Positions 31,745 to 44,007 of a stretch of 64,000 nucleotides of DNA are shown here, piece by piece. Source of the stretch: an uncultured delta proteobacterium (GTDB lineage: Bacteria; Desulfobacterota; Binatia; Binatales; Binataceae). The notes beneath the pieces are model-generated. The model saw only the letters and a program-made list of their open reading frames with translations, was not told where the DNA came from and did not search any database. The translations under genes and the position numbers were made by a program. Position 1 is the stretch's first letter. Each line of letters starts with the position of its first letter. The stretch lies in the NCBI GenBank assembly GCA_963724765.1, contig CAVRVY010000003.1, positions 192,001-256,000 on the forward strand, in the 5' to 3' direction.

Positions 31745-31778
31745 AAAAAAGGGCCGAGCCCTTTAGAGCCCGGTCCCT
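31745..31778 (-). terminator. intrinsic terminator
   Basis: GC-rich hairpin followed by T6 on the minus strand, just after ORF 31799-32128. Confidence 0.6.
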
Positions 31779-31798
31779 CATCTCACGTCGTGGTCGAA

Positions 31799-32128
31799 CT
31801 ATTTCTTGACCTTCGCCTTTCTCGCCCGTGCTGCTGATCCATAGCGTCTACTAAAACACTTGCGGCATCGGCGATCCCGCCGCTTGATGAAACTCGGAGC
31901 CAGGTCATCGCTCCCGCAATAGCGGCAAACCAGTTTGTCTGATTTCGACTTACTGCCTACCTCCTTCCGGAGCGGCCGTGCAGACTCAGCCTTTTTCCGC
32001 GCAGTTTTCTTCCGGGCCGTCTTCCTACCGACCGACCGCGCCGCATCCATCTGATCCCGCAGGGCGGGTGATGGGGAGTGTCCGATCGGTTTATGCGCGT
32101 TTCCGTTTGCCAATTTCGGGTGTTCCAT
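31799..32128 (-). CDS. small basic protein with CxxC...CxxC zinc ribbon
   Basis: CRYCGS...RCRKC, Lys/Arg rich, AGGAG RBS, divergent from DUF2924. Confidence 0.6.
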   Translation of the reverse strand: MEHPKLANGNAHKPIGHSPSPALRDQMDAARSVGRKTARKKTARKKAESARPLRKEVGSKSKSDKLVCRYCGSDDLAPSFIKRRDRRCRKCFSRRYGSAARARKAKVKK

Positions 32129-32465
32129 TCTCTCTAAATCTCCTAAGCCGTAACGGCTCGCTGGGATGTTCGCTCCGTTGCGTGCATGAAGCGAGTGATT
32201 TCGTCCCCTATTCCCAGGTCATTCGCGCGGAAACGGAGAGGCTGGCGATTGGAAGGCGAATAGGACCGGCGAAATTGCAGCAGAGAAAGCGAGGCCTCTA
32301 GTAAGAGCGGAAACCGCCCGAAATCTCCCGCCGCGCACGACTGGCTGCGTGCCGGGAAACGAGCAATGTGTGTGTCATTGGGGTAGCAAATCGTGCGCCT
32401 CGAGGAGGGCCACATATGAGCTTGGATGCCGAGCGGAAGGTCCCGAAATATCGACAGGAACGATC

Positions 32466-32948
32466 ATGAAGCGGAGGGCGCCGGTTCTAGACGGAGATGC
32501 GCTCGCCGCAGAGATTGCCGCTCTGTCAAGGGCCAGTATCAAGGACCTTCGCCAGCGGTGGAAGACCTTGTATGGCAAGGAGCCGTCAAGCCATATCGGC
32601 CGGTCCTTTGTGATTCGGGCGATCGCCTACCGCCTCCAGGAAAAGGCTTTCGGCGGTCTCAAGCCGTCGACCCGACGCCTGCTCGCTCGCGTCGCAGAAG
32701 AGACCGCGGCCGGGAGTTCGCCGAAGAGCCCGTCGATTCGAAAGGCGGAACCGGGAACGATTCTGGTCCGCGAATGGCAAGGGAAGACGCACCGGGTTAC
32801 GGTGCTTGGCGACGGAGTGTCCTTCAAGGGCAAGCGTTACCGTTCGCTCTCCGAGATCGCGCGCGAAATCACCGGCAGTCGTTGGTCAGGACCGCGATTC
32901 TTCGGGCTACGATTGCCTGCGATGGAGAACAATCATGGAACGCCCTAA
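32466..32948 (+). CDS. DUF2924 domain protein
   Basis: IAYRLQEKAFGGL, LVREWQG, YRSLSEIAREITGSRWSGPRFFGL. Confidence 0.9.
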   Translation: MKRRAPVLDGDALAAEIAALSRASIKDLRQRWKTLYGKEPSSHIGRSFVIRAIAYRLQEKAFGGLKPSTRRLLARVAEETAAGSSPKSPSIRKAEPGTILVREWQGKTHRVTVLGDGVSFKGKRYRSLSEIAREITGSRWSGPRFFGLRLPAMENNHGTP

Positions 32949-34609
32949 ATCACCAATTCGACGCTGCGCGATCTACACCCGCAAATCTTCCGAAGAAGGA
33001 TTGGAGCAGGACTTCAACTCGCTGCACGCGCAGCGCGAGGCTTGCGAAGCGTTCATCAAGAGCCAGGCCGGTGAAGGATGGCGTCTGGTCAAGACGGCCT
33101 ATGACGATCGTGCCCTGTCCGGCGGAACGATGGAGCGGCCGGCACTGCAGCGTCTGTTGTCCGATATCAGCCAGGGCCTGATCGATGTCGTGGTGGTCTA
33201 CAAGGTGGACCGGTTGACCCGCTCTCTGAGCGACTTCGCAAAGATGGTCGAAGTGTTCGACGCGCGGGGTGTCTCTTTCGTTGCTGTCACGCAGCAGTTC
33301 AACACGACGACATCGATGGGACGCCTGACGCTCAACGTCCTGCTGTCCTTCGCCCAGTTCGAGCGCGAGGTGACCGGCGAACGGATCCGGGACAAGATCG
33401 CCGCTTCCAAGCAGAAGGGAATGTGGATGGGTGGTCTGGTCCCACTTGGCTACGACGTAATTGATCGTCGCCTCGAGGTATCAATCGGAGGCGCAGAAGG
33501 TCCTGGAAATCTTCCGCCGTTACCTGGAACTCGGGTCCGTTCGGCTCCTGATGGAAGATCTGAACCGCCGCGGCATCCGATCCAAAGTCCGGGTTGCAAA
33601 GAACGGTAGGAAGTCCGGCGGGAACCCGTTTTTCCGTGGCGCGCTCTATGTGCTGCTTTCGAATCCCATCTATATCGGCGAGATTCGTCACAAGGGTGTC
33701 CGCCATCCGGGTCTGCACGAACCGATCGTGGATCGAGAGCTGTGGGAGAAAACCCAGCTGTTGCTGCGCAGCCAGGCGGTTCGGGGCGCGTCGCGCACGA
33801 AAGCGGTCGCCAGTCCGCTCATGGGTAGACTCTTCGACGAAAGCAGCCAGAGCCTGACACCAAGTCACGCGGTGAAGGGCGAACGGCGCTATCGCTATTA
33901 CGTGTCGCGCAGCCTGATCAAAGGGACGGCGGCGGATTCGGCCGGACGCGGCTGGCGCTTGCCGGCGCCAGAGATCGAGCGAACCGTCGCGGCTTCGGCT
34001 TGCCAAATCTTGAGCGACAGGACCGCAATCGCCGCGGCTGCCCAAGCGATCGGTCTAGCGGACAATCGACTTCCATCGCTCTTCTCGGCGGCAGCAGCGT
34101 GGAGAGAGCGCCTGCGGTCGGAGGTCGAAGCCGGAGCAGCCCTGAATGTCTTGGTCGATCGCGTAGACCTGACCGATACCCGCATCCGCGTATCGCTCAA
34201 GCTGCCGATACCCGACCCGGTGACGCGGCCCGCGGCGCTGGTCATTACGCGTTTCTTTCCCATGACAATCAGGCGGCGTGGTGTCGAGATGCGTCTGGTC
34301 ATTGAAGGCAATCGTGCGCCCGCGCCACAAGCTGATTCGGCACTATTGAAAGCTGTCGCCAGGGCGCGGCAATGGTCTGAAGACCTGCTGATGGGCAGAG
34401 CAAAGTCAGTTGCAAAGATCGCTGAACGCGAAGGGGTCTCAGACCGCTACGTCAGACGACTAACGCGGCTGGCATTCCTGGCACCGGAGATTGTCGAAAT
34501 GGTCGCAGCCGGCAGGCAGCCGCCAGAGCTCACCGCCGAGGCCTTGGCCGAACGGATCGATCTTCCTCTTCTTTGGACCGCACAAGAACAAGCCGTGGGA
34601 ATCGCATAG
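32935..34609 (+). pseudogene. large serine recombinase, frameshift near 33480
   Basis: CAIYTRKSS, VYKVDRLTRS, FAQFERE, LSNPIYIG, LAFLAPEIVE. Confidence 0.9.
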
Positions 34610-34839
34610 TTCCTCTTAAGTTCGATCACTTCCGCACCATCCTGGCCGAGCACGTCGGCGAATCGGATCCTGGCGTGCGTCGGGCGTGGATGGAACCGCC
34701 TCACTTGCCAACAGAGACTTTGGCCGCGTCTTGCGTGCGAACCGCAAAAGGTGGTTTTCTCCGGCGCCGCCAAATCTGCAAATGACGCCGCAATCGCGCG
34801 CTATTTCGCCGTCTTGAGGGGAGTGTCCCCAGAGATAGG

Positions 34840-34876
34840 GACTCGTTGGCGGAGCGAGGTGAATTCGAACTGCCGG
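34840..34876 (-). other. degenerate tRNA 3'-end copy (att-like site)
   Basis: GACTCGTTGGCGGAGCGAGGTGAATTCGAAC resembles GACTCGATGGCGGAGAGGGGGGGATTTGAAC at the tRNA-Ser end; it lies about 230 nt downstream of a recombinase, as the tRNA does. Confidence 0.7.
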
Positions 34877-35113
34877 TACCGATTTGTGAACAGTTAGACG
34901 ACAGCCTCGGTTTAAGCTTTACGGTACCGAGACGAACTGCAAGCGCTATCGCCCTGCGGCGCATTCCTAGTGCGCTTTCGGGTCGGGGATCGACCGGGGC
35001 AAAATGGCCTGCTCTTTTATTTGATCGCTACTGCGACATCAGTCTTCGATGTCGTTCATCGCCCGGACTCGCCGAGGCACACGCAACCTCGTAGCATAGG
35101 CTCTTTGCATTGA

Positions 35114-35557
35114 CTACGAGAAGGCGGCGTCCAGAAACTGAATTTGGGCGGGCGAGAGACGCCAGCCGGACGCCTGGCAATTCTCGGCGACGCGGCTCAC
35201 GCTATTCGACTTTGGGATAGCGACGACGTTGGGCCGCGAGGTACACCAGTTCAGTGCGACCTGGGCTAGAGTCTTTTGCACCTGTGCCGCCACCATTTCC
35301 AGAGCTTGCATCCTTGAGTTTGATGGGATCTGCGACCGCGTCGCCAGACGGCCATCATCGAGCGGCGTGTAGGCGATGACCGTCACGCGGTTCATAAAAC
35401 AGTAGGGCAGCAAGTCGCGCTCGATTTCCCGACGGTTCAGGTTGTACAAGACCTGGTTGGAAACGATGGGATACTTACTCATGGCTTCCTGGGCCGCATG
35501 TAGCTCGAAAGTGGAGAAGTTGCTTACGCCGATGTATCTGACTAGGCCGCGATCCAC
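35114..35557 (-). pseudogene. aldo/keto reductase C-terminal fragment
   Basis: RYIGVSNF, NQVLYNL, IAYTPL, AQVALNW, IPKS; the catalytic N-terminal half is absent. Confidence 0.85.
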
Positions 35558-35605
35558 GAACTCTTAGCAGCGTTTTAGCCGGCGAGCAGCGAGGAGAAGA
35601 CAGTC

Positions 35606-36181
35606 ATGAGTGACTCGAAATTAGGGAGTGGTGTTTCCTCAGACGCAACGACAGCATCCTCCCTCCCAGAGATCCTCAATGCACATGCAAGAATGGAAAC
35701 GCAGTGCGGGGAAATTTACGTGCAGTTCGCCGCGGCTTTCGGTAAACACCCAGAGCTAAGGCGAATGTGGACCGCAATGGCGTTGGAGGAGGGCGGACAC
35801 GCAGCACTGGTGCGCGCGGTCAATAGAGGTCTACTTTCAGGCGTGCTTAGGGCGAAGTCTCTTGTACTTCCCCTCGAATACCTCGACTCCCTCTCCGTGC
35901 AGTTGAAAGGGTATCAGGAACAGGCACAAGAAGGGATCTCCCTGGACCGGGCACTGCGGATCACCTGGGAACTGGAATGTTCTGAGCTGGACTTTATGCG
36001 CGAACTGCTGGTTTCCTCGAACAATCTAGCCGAACTAGGATTTCCCACGGATGACGAGGGTAAGGACGAGCACGTTGGCCGCTTGAGACCGCTAATCCAG
36101 AAATACACGACTGACGAGGAGCTTCGGCGTGAGGTGAAGTTCGGAGTGTTCGGGTCGACCCTGGAACAGATAAAAGTTTGA
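35606..36181 (+). CDS. ferritin-like (rubrerythrin-type) protein
   Basis: E..C..IY..FA, MALEEGGH and later ExH motif; GAGGAG RBS. Confidence 0.6.
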   Translation: MSDSKLGSGVSSDATTASSLPEILNAHARMETQCGEIYVQFAAAFGKHPELRRMWTAMALEEGGHAALVRAVNRGLLSGVLRAKSLVLPLEYLDSLSVQLKGYQEQAQEGISLDRALRITWELECSELDFMRELLVSSNNLAELGFPTDDEGKDEHVGRLRPLIQKYTTDEELRREVKFGVFGSTLEQIKV

Positions 36182-36399
36182 GACCAGCGTCCCCAGCGAT
36201 TCGAGCTCCCGATAGGCGCCGGGCCCGAGCCAACACATTCGGCCTCAACGAAGTCGACCTCGCCGTGCGCACGCTGGCCGGCCGGGGTCGAGGGCCAAAA
36301 CGCGATTCACGTGATGGTGGTCCCAAACTCTGAACCACAGGAGGGTTTTCGATCATATCGAGCGCACGAGTGGCAGTCCGAACTTGGAGGAGCTGTACC

Positions 36400-36670
36400 A
36401 AAAGCGGCTCAACTCAAAGCCTACGACCAGGCAGGCATGTGGGGCTATCACCTCGCAGAGCATCACCAGACTCGGCTCGGATGGCCCGGTCGTCAAATCT
36501 CTTTCTAGCTCTTTCTAGCCGCCGCCGCCCAGCACACGCGCCATCTTCGGCTTGGAACGGCGGTCTACCTGCTCCCGTTCTACAGCCCGCTTCGCCTGAT
36601 CGAAGAGATCTGCATGCTCGACCATTTAAGCGGCGGGCGGCTTGAGATCGTGTCGGCGCCGGGTATCGCC
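36400..36670 (+). pseudogene. LLM-class flavin-dependent oxidoreductase N-terminal fragment
   Basis: YHLAEHH, RLGTAVYLLPFYSPLRLIEEICMLDHLSGGRLE. Confidence 0.75.
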
Positions 36671-36925
36671 CTTTGAGTCTTAGCGGACGCGCCGCGGCGT
36701 AAGTGCGTTTCATCATGGTCATCAAGGTCTTCCACTTGGCTCAGCCCGATCTTCCAGTGCTCGAGGTGCCGCGGCACTGGAACACCGCGGACCAAAACCG
36801 GCTCAACCTTGCCAAAGGCATTTCGGTTTGGCCTCCGCGTTTGCGGATCGCTTGATGTTGGTGTGATGCTGAAACAAAGATCCAAAAGGGAATCTCGGGC
36901 AATACACCTTCGCTAGTGAAGACGG

Positions 36926-38049
36926 ATGCGCCTTTCTGAATTCATCCGAGCCAACGTCGACCAGATAGTCCACGAATGGGAGGAGTTTGCGAAAACTCTC
37001 AGCGCGGACACAGCTCTGCCTCGATGGATTCTTCGGATCATGCCCCCGCCATCGTCAAGTACATCGCCGACAATATGGAGGTGCCCCAGACTCCCGTCGA
37101 GGAAGAAGCGAAAAGCAAAGGCGAGCAGCCGAGCGGCCCGATCGAACATGCCGCCGCAGTTCACGTCAGCCTGAGAATCGAGTCAGGATTCGACTTGGTG
37201 CAGATAATGGCCGAGTATCGCGCGCTGCGCTCGTGCGTTCTCCGGATGTGGCGTCAAAGTTACCCCGATAGTTTCGCACGCGGCGCTGCGGAGATAAGCA
37301 GGTTCGCCGAAGCGATCGATCAAAACGTCGCGGATGCAGTTCCCTACTACCAAGAGCGCGAGACTCAATATCGCGATCGATTCCTCGGCATTTTGGGACA
37401 CGATTTGCGAAGCCCCATCAATGCCATCACGCTCGGAGCGTACCTGCTCACCTCGAACGGATTGAACGAAAAGCAGCGCGGCACAGTTTCGCGAATTTTG
37501 AACAGCGCGCGACACTTGAATCGCATGGTCAGTGACCTGCTCGACTTCTCGCGCGGCCGCCTTGGCAGTCCAATGCCGATTGCGGCGACCGAGGCCAACC
37601 TCGGACAGCTCGTCAGTGAGGTTGTCAATGAAGTTCAGACCGCTAATCCGCAGTTCATTGTTAATTTCGACTCGAACGGCGACCTGGAAGGCCAGTGGGA
37701 CGTCGAACGATTGAAGCAGGTCGCCTCGAATCTGATGCTGAACGCGATTCAGCATGGCGCCGGCAAAGCGATCAAAGTCACTGCCACCGGCGAGGAAAAC
37801 TCGGTGATGCTAACGGTAGAGAACGAGGGTCCGCCAATACCGAAAGAACTGCAGGCGACGATACTCGATCCGCTGGTTCAGGGCAAGACGCCCGATCCGA
37901 CTCGGACCGGGCTCGGTCTGGGGCTTTTTATCGTGAATGAAATAGTCGCCGCGCACCACGGAACGATCATGGTGACTTCGACTCAAGATTCCGGCACGAT
38001 TTTCTCGGTGCGCCTGCCGCGTCGCTGGTTCGGACCAAATGCTAGCTGA
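36926..38049 (+). pseudogene. sensor histidine kinase (RsbRD-like N-terminal domain), frameshift near 37030
   Basis: MRLSEFI..N...IV.EWEEFA; H-box LGHDLRSP, N-box NAIQHG, GLGLGLFI. Confidence 0.85.
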
Positions 38050-38356
38050 ATCAACGCGTGACCGGGTCGAAGGGCCGACGCCCGCAGGACCCTTATGAAA
38101 ATCTCGCCTGTTACACGGTGGAACTGACGACCGGGGTCGAGCCACCCCCGGCTAAGTGCTCGGGGGCGCAAGTTCGGCGGCTGCGCGCGCAGTCTTTCGG
38201 CCTCACTGCATCGCCGTGCCCTTGATCGACTTCACGGGCGCCACTGGAAGCTCGGTATAAGTAACGGTCATGGGCTTTGCTATGATGTGGCTGGACTCGT
38301 ACACGTCCGATTCGCCTTGCGAAGTGCGCTATCTTGGGCAGAGAGCTTACAGGAGC

Positions 38357-39656
38357 TGTCCCTGCTGAAAATTCTCTACCAACAAAATGAGGATAGGTGC
38401 GAAAGCCAAGAGCGAACAGCGACCAGCTGCGATGAACCGGCGCGCGTCGCAGGCTGTACCATATGCGGCTGTCGCCTGATCCAGATCTAAGCGCTATCAA
38501 CACGAGGATTCGACCGTGTGGTAGCGGCCGCTGCGCAACCAATGGCAAGCAGTAGTTGGTGCCGTCAGGCCGCGAGGCGCTGGTAGCGATGATGCAACCC
38601 GCCGACTTGCGGGATGGCGATGACGCGGCCGGTCGGCGGTGGCTGGATGGGACGCGAGTGCGGACAATCCTTGTCGAGTGACAGATGCGTTCGGGCTCGG
38701 TGGTAGTAGGCCACGTAAGATGAAAGGACGTGGCGCAAATGGCGCTCGTTGAAGATCACGACGTGGTCGAGACATTCGCGACGAATCGAGCTGATCACGC
38801 GCTCGACGTAAGCGTTCTGCCATGGGGAGCGGTGCCGTGACGACCTCAGTAATTCCCATCGCCGCGACCCGCTGGCTGAAGACCGAGCCGTACGAGGCGT
38901 CGCGGTCGCGCAGCAGAAAGCTGGGAGCTGTGTCCACGGAAACGCTTCAATTACCTGCTGCGAAGGCCACGCTGCCGTGGGATGCTGCGTAACATCGAAC
39001 CGCACAATCCTTCTGCGCCCGTGAGCCAGGATGATCATGACGTACAGCCGTCGAAACGAGGCCGACACGGCGACGAACATGTCGATGGCGGCGATGCCGA
39101 TTGCTTCGTTGCGCAGAAAGCTACGCCATGTCGGTGAAGGCGTTCCGATTCGGCGCACCATGTACTTTGCGACCGTGGCTTGGCTGACCTCAATGCCGAG
39201 CTTCAGCAGCTCGCCGTGGATGCGAGGCGCACCCCACAATGGGTTGGCGCTGTTCATCTGCCGGATCAGATCACGAACTTCGCGACCTACTGACGGCCGT
39301 CCAGACCTTGAGCGCCAGCGCCAATAGAGCCGGAAGCCTTGGCGGTGCCACTGGACCACGGTGGCCGGCTTCACCAACATCATGATGTTCAGGCACCGCG
39401 GCCAGACCCGGTAAAGCCAGATCCAGAGTATGCGATCGAGCGCGAAGAGCTGGGGGCGGCCAGGACGCTGGCGACGCAGGACTGCCAATTGGTGGCGGAG
39501 CGCAATGACCTCGAGCTCCAATTCCGCGCGGCCGCGAAACCGACCAGCGAGCCATGAAAGAAGCGCCAAGCTGTATGCGAGCATGCCCGTGACACTACGG
39601 CCGAGCTAGATAAATCGCTAGCCTTTTCCACGCTTTCCGAGTTTTCAGTAGGCACA
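38357..39656 (-). mobile_element. IS481-like element (transposase 38565-39584, internally frameshifted segment)
   Basis: WGAPRIHGEL, SPWQNAYVER, GGLHHRY; TGT...ACA termini. Confidence 0.85.
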
Positions 39657-39663
39657 AGGGACC

Positions 39664-40762
39664 TGTGCTTAGTCAGAACTAACCCGGATATATTGATGAT
39701 GCAGCCCACCGAGAATTGGTATCGCTGCGATGGGGCCGAGCTTCTGCGGGCGCCGAAAATGGGGCGCATTCTTTTCCAATGAGAGATGCGTACGGATTTT
39801 GTTGTAATAAGACGCGTAATTCTTTAGCACGCGACGCATCTGCGCTTCGTCGAACACGATGAAGTGATCGAGGCTTTCGCGCCGAATCGAACCGATGAGG
39901 CGCTCGACAGTGGCCGTTTTGCCACGGCGAGCGTGGTGCGGTCGGGTGATCCCTGATCCGCATTGCACGAATGCGGCGTATATAAGCAGGACCGAATGCG
40001 CCGTCGCGGTCGCGAAGCAGATGATGTGGCGCTTCATCCCAGGGAAAGGCGTCAGTCACCTGGCCTGCGATCCATTCGGCGGTCGGATTGTTCGTCACCC
40101 TGATGCTCACCAGTCGCCTACGAGCATGGCGAAGAATGACCAGACCGTAGAGCAGCTTGAACGAGATCGTCCGAACTACAAACAGATCCAACGAGGCGAT
40201 GCCAGCGGCTTGATTGCGCAGGAAAGTCTTCCAACCTTGGGACGGTGGTCGGCGGCGCCGGACCAATACCTGCCGACGGTCGACTCTGCGACGTCGATCC
40301 CAAGCATCAATAATTCGCCGTGAATGCGAGGCGCGCCCCATAGCGGGTTCTCGCGGCTCATGCGCCGGATCAGCGCTCGAATCTCGGAGTCTATTCGTGG
40401 GCGGCCGCCGACGTGGCGGGATTTCCAGCGCCAGTAGGCGCGGAAACCGCGTCTGTGCCGACGGATCACGGTCTCCGGCTGAAAGATGATTATCGCGTCC
40501 AGGAGCGACGGGGACAGACGATACAGCCACACCAACAGCAAGCGATCGATGTTCAACAGCCGCACGCGCTTTGGGTGCTGGCGGCGTAATACTATGAGCT
40601 GTTGGCGTAGTAGGAGATTCTCGGCCTCAAGCCGCGCTCGTCGCGCGAACCATGATCGGATAACAAGCAGCAGCTGGGTCAGAAACGCGACCATCGGCCG
40701 CTTCATTACCATACGGCCACAAGTGCGTCACCCCACCCCGGATATGGTTTTCGGGAGGCACA
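39664..40762 (-). mobile_element. IS481-like element, frameshifted, close relative of 5614-6711
   Basis: Same N-terminus MVMKRPMVAFL; ends TGTGCTTAGTCAGAAC / GGTTTTCGGGAGGCACA. Confidence 0.88.
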
Positions 40763-40966
40763 GGTCGTCCGAAGTGGTCGGCGAATAGATAGTGGGACTG
40801 CAGCTCGCTGAAGATCCGGGAGCCCGTCGACCCCATCCGCACGCCTCAGGGATTGTAAAGCGTCGACTCCGTGGCGAGTCTGCGCTCGGGCCACTCATTC
40901 GGCGAGGCGTATCAAGATCGAAGGTCAGACAAACAAAATGTTGCGCCATTGTTCGATCTCCTTGAA

Positions 40967-42376
40967 TTATGAGTCTTGCTGGTCGGGCCAGCGCGGCGGG
41001 TGAGTGCCGAGTGGAACCGGCGGGCGGGTCCATCGCGCCTTCGTCTCGGACATTTGCACGACTGGCGCGAGATGACGCAAGCGGCCAAGCGGCGTCCGCG
41101 TTTCGATAGTGAGACGCGCGATCTCGTCCGCCGGCAGGTCATCGGGAACGCCTTCGAGCGCGGCGGCGTCAAGCAGGCCGCGATCGACGATGAATTTACC
41201 AGCGCGTGCCAATGATACGCGCACCAGCCAGCTTCCTCCCTCCCGGACGCGACGCGCCAACGCGACCATAGCGCCAAACGCCATCAGATGGCCGCTGACG
41301 TAATCGATCGCGGATACGGGCGTTAGCCGCGGCTCCGTGCCACCGCCCGACACCAACGCCATCCCCGTAGCGGTTTGCACGATCGTGTCGAAGCCACGCC
41401 GCTCGCGCCACGGACCCTCGCGACCCCACGCGCGCAACTCGACGCAGACGATCCCGGGACGCATCTCCGCGAGGGCTTCCGGCGAAAAGCCGCGGCCGGC
41501 GAGCGCTCCCGGCCGATACGACTGTGAGAATACGTCGGCGTCGCACACGAGTGCCCGCAGCATCTCGACGTCCTGCTGATTACGCAGATCCAAATGCGCG
41601 GACAGCTTGCCGAGGCCGGTGTCCAGTTCGACCGAGCCGGAATTGGGCAGATGCGGAGCGGTGATCTTGAGGACCTCAGCGCCATGCTCGGCGAGGGTCC
41701 GCGCGCAGGTCGGCCCGGCAAGCACCCGAGTGAGATCGAGCACACGGACGCCCGCGAGCGGACGCTCACCCCTTGGCAACGGCTCGGGGGGTGCGTCGCC
41801 GATCCGCACGATCTCCACCAACGGTAGCGACGCGACTGCCGCAACTTGCGGATGTTGCACCCATTCCTCGGTCGTGCGAGCGAAAGCGCCGCATCCGCCC
41901 GACGTCATAAACGCGTCCTCAAGCGCCTTTCCCTCCCATCTCGCGGCGGCGGCCGCCATGTCTTCCTTTTTTTGGGCCGCGACGCCGAGCACCGCGAGGT
42001 TGCGGTCGCGATGGTTCGGGAAATTGCAGTGGACGAAGACCCAGCGCCCGCGGCTTACCTTGTAGAAGCCCGATAGCGGATCCATCGGATCGCGCTGGGC
42101 GGGACCGTCGAGCTTCATATATCTAGCGCTGCGCAACGATGCGACGGCAGCGCGAACATCTACTTCGACTTCCTGTCTGCGGCCCGTTCGCATCTCCCAG
42201 ATCGAGGCCGCAGCGAGGCCAGCCGCCGCAATCACCGCTGAACCGGCGGCGCCGATGCGATAGCGCGTCGGAATTACAGGGTCGTCACCGACGAGACGCG
42301 CATTGGCCGCGCTCGCTGTGACAACGCCGGCAGATTTGAGAATTTCCGCAAGAGCAACTTCAGGCGCTGAGCTCAT
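40967..42376 (-). CDS. CoA-transferase family III (CaiB/BaiF)
   Basis: PLAGVRVLDLTRVLAGPTC, DVFSQSYRPG, RRGFD; AAGGAG RBS. Confidence 0.9.
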   Translation of the reverse strand: MSSAPEVALAEILKSAGVVTASAANARLVGDDPVIPTRYRIGAAGSAVIAAAGLAAASIWEMRTGRRQEVEVDVRAAVASLRSARYMKLDGPAQRDPMDPLSGFYKVSRGRWVFVHCNFPNHRDRNLAVLGVAAQKKEDMAAAAARWEGKALEDAFMTSGGCGAFARTTEEWVQHPQVAAVASLPLVEIVRIGDAPPEPLPRGERPLAGVRVLDLTRVLAGPTCARTLAEHGAEVLKITAPHLPNSGSVELDTGLGKLSAHLDLRNQQDVEMLRALVCDADVFSQSYRPGALAGRGFSPEALAEMRPGIVCVELRAWGREGPWRERRGFDTIVQTATGMALVSGGGTEPRLTPVSAIDYVSGHLMAFGAMVALARRVREGGSWLVRVSLARAGKFIVDRGLLDAAALEGVPDDLPADEIARLTIETRTPLGRLRHLAPVVQMSETKARWTRPPVPLGTHPPRWPDQQDS

Positions 42377-42579
42377 CGCTGACTCCTTCGCAATACAAGC
42401 AAGCCAAAAATGCCTCCGGAGCAGCGCTCCGTAGGCACCGTCGCGCTGTCCCTTCGCTATCTCTAATCCGGTTTCACCCGTGCGCCAATGCTGGCGCATC
42501 GGTGCCGATTATCACTTCTGCAAACAGGCGAAAGAGAAATGCTCGCAGCCGAACTGTATCTGCTGCTGTTTTCCCCTGG

Positions 42580-42754
42580 GGCGATGTGGGGCTGACGAAG
42601 CGAGGACTTCTAGTTCCAGATCCGCCCGGCTACGGAATCGGCAGGCAAGAACAGAAACGATCGAACGCACGAGCGTAAGCATGCCGGCGACACTACGGCG
42701 GTGACTCGTAAAACTCCAGCCTTTTCCGCGCATTCGGAGTTTTTGGTAGGCACA
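42580..42754 (-). mobile_element. IS481-like 5' remnant
   Basis: FRSRADLELEVLA; terminus GTTTTTGGTAGGCACA. Confidence 0.65.
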
Positions 42755-42873
42755 GGAAGAATTGGAGGAAACTATGTTTGTCTGCAAGGTGCCTTGTGTC
42801 CGCGACGCGGTCCCCCTGGTCAGACTCGAGGCCGAGGTTGTCGTTTAGGGCATTAAGGCTTTCTTAGCAGTCA

Positions 42874-43580
42874 TCAAACCTCAATCGGCTGGGACAGTCT
42901 CGGGACGAACGGACGCCGGTTTTTCGCGACGCTGTACACCGCAGCGAGCAGCTTGTGCATGCAGGCGATCATCGCGACTTTTGCTCGCTTGCCGGCGCGG
43001 CGGAGACGCGAGTAATACGCGCGGAGCCAAGGTTGAGGCGCACAGCAACGAGGACTGGCATCCATAGGGCGCGCCTGAGGCGAGCATTTCCGAGCGGCAT
43101 CGCGATTCTACTCGAGAACCTTCGTTTCCCGGATTGATGTAGGCGAGGGACTACGCCGACGTAGCTGGCAAGAGCAGCGAAGCTGCGGAAGCGAGCCGGG
43201 TCGCCCGCTTGCGCAATGATGGTCGCGGCGGTGAGTGGGCCCGCCGGTGATGGTCGTGAGAAGTCTCCCGACCTCATGCGATTCGAGCCTTTGTCCTGTC
43301 ATACGCTCAAGATCACGAGCTCTTTGGCGCAGCCGACGATGTCGTCGCACACGTATCGTATATGCAGCTCGTGCACGCCGTGCTGGCGCTGGCCGACTGA
43401 AGCCTTCGCGGCAGCGATCAGAGCTGTGGCGAGAGCTGTTCCAACTCGCTTGTCGACTGCGAAACGAAGCATGGAGAGTTTCTTGGCTGAAGCCTGACGA
43501 AGAGCTGCAGCGGTTGGATACTTAGACAGGATAGTCGTGGCGAGCTCTGTGTCGAGACCCCGAACGTAGCGGGGAACGTT
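42874..43580 (-). pseudogene. IS110 transposase C-terminal fragment
   Basis: GPLTAATII, LASYVGVVP..QSG, GNARLRRAL, KLL..VYSV. Confidence 0.8.
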
Positions 43581-44007
43581 ACGGGACTTGACGACGTCGT
43601 CAAATCCCGTAACGTCCCCCTTGTTTTGTGGTGTTGTTCCGATCCTGCCGAAGGCCGCCATCACCACCATCCTGGCGCCGTCTGCTTCTACGTCTCCGAT
43701 GGAAGGATTTCCTCTTGTTTCAGAGGAGCTGCGGAGATTGAGAAACGAGACGAGTTTTCTAAACCGCGCCCGAGCTCACATAGGCTGAGCCCTTATCCGG
43801 ATTTACGGCCGTCAGATCGATCATCTCGAAATCCGTGGATCCGTTCCCCGCGTTTCCGTATCCGCTCGAAAAAGCCCGGGTGTGCGGATCTGACCGACAG
43901 TTGACGAGGCAACGAACTCGGCGCTGAAGTGAACGATAGGAGTGGCTTTAACTCGCTTACAAACTACGCTCGCATCAGGACCGCCAGACCAAAGGAGAAC
44001 GGAGACC

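Noticed and set aside
34840-34930. A second tRNA gene
   Set aside because: Only the acceptor/T-arm end is similar; no cloverleaf can be built.
40770-40950. Polysaccharide deacetylase start (MAQHFVCLTFDLD) after the CoA transferase
   Set aside because: Only about 14 plausible codons remain, too short to call.
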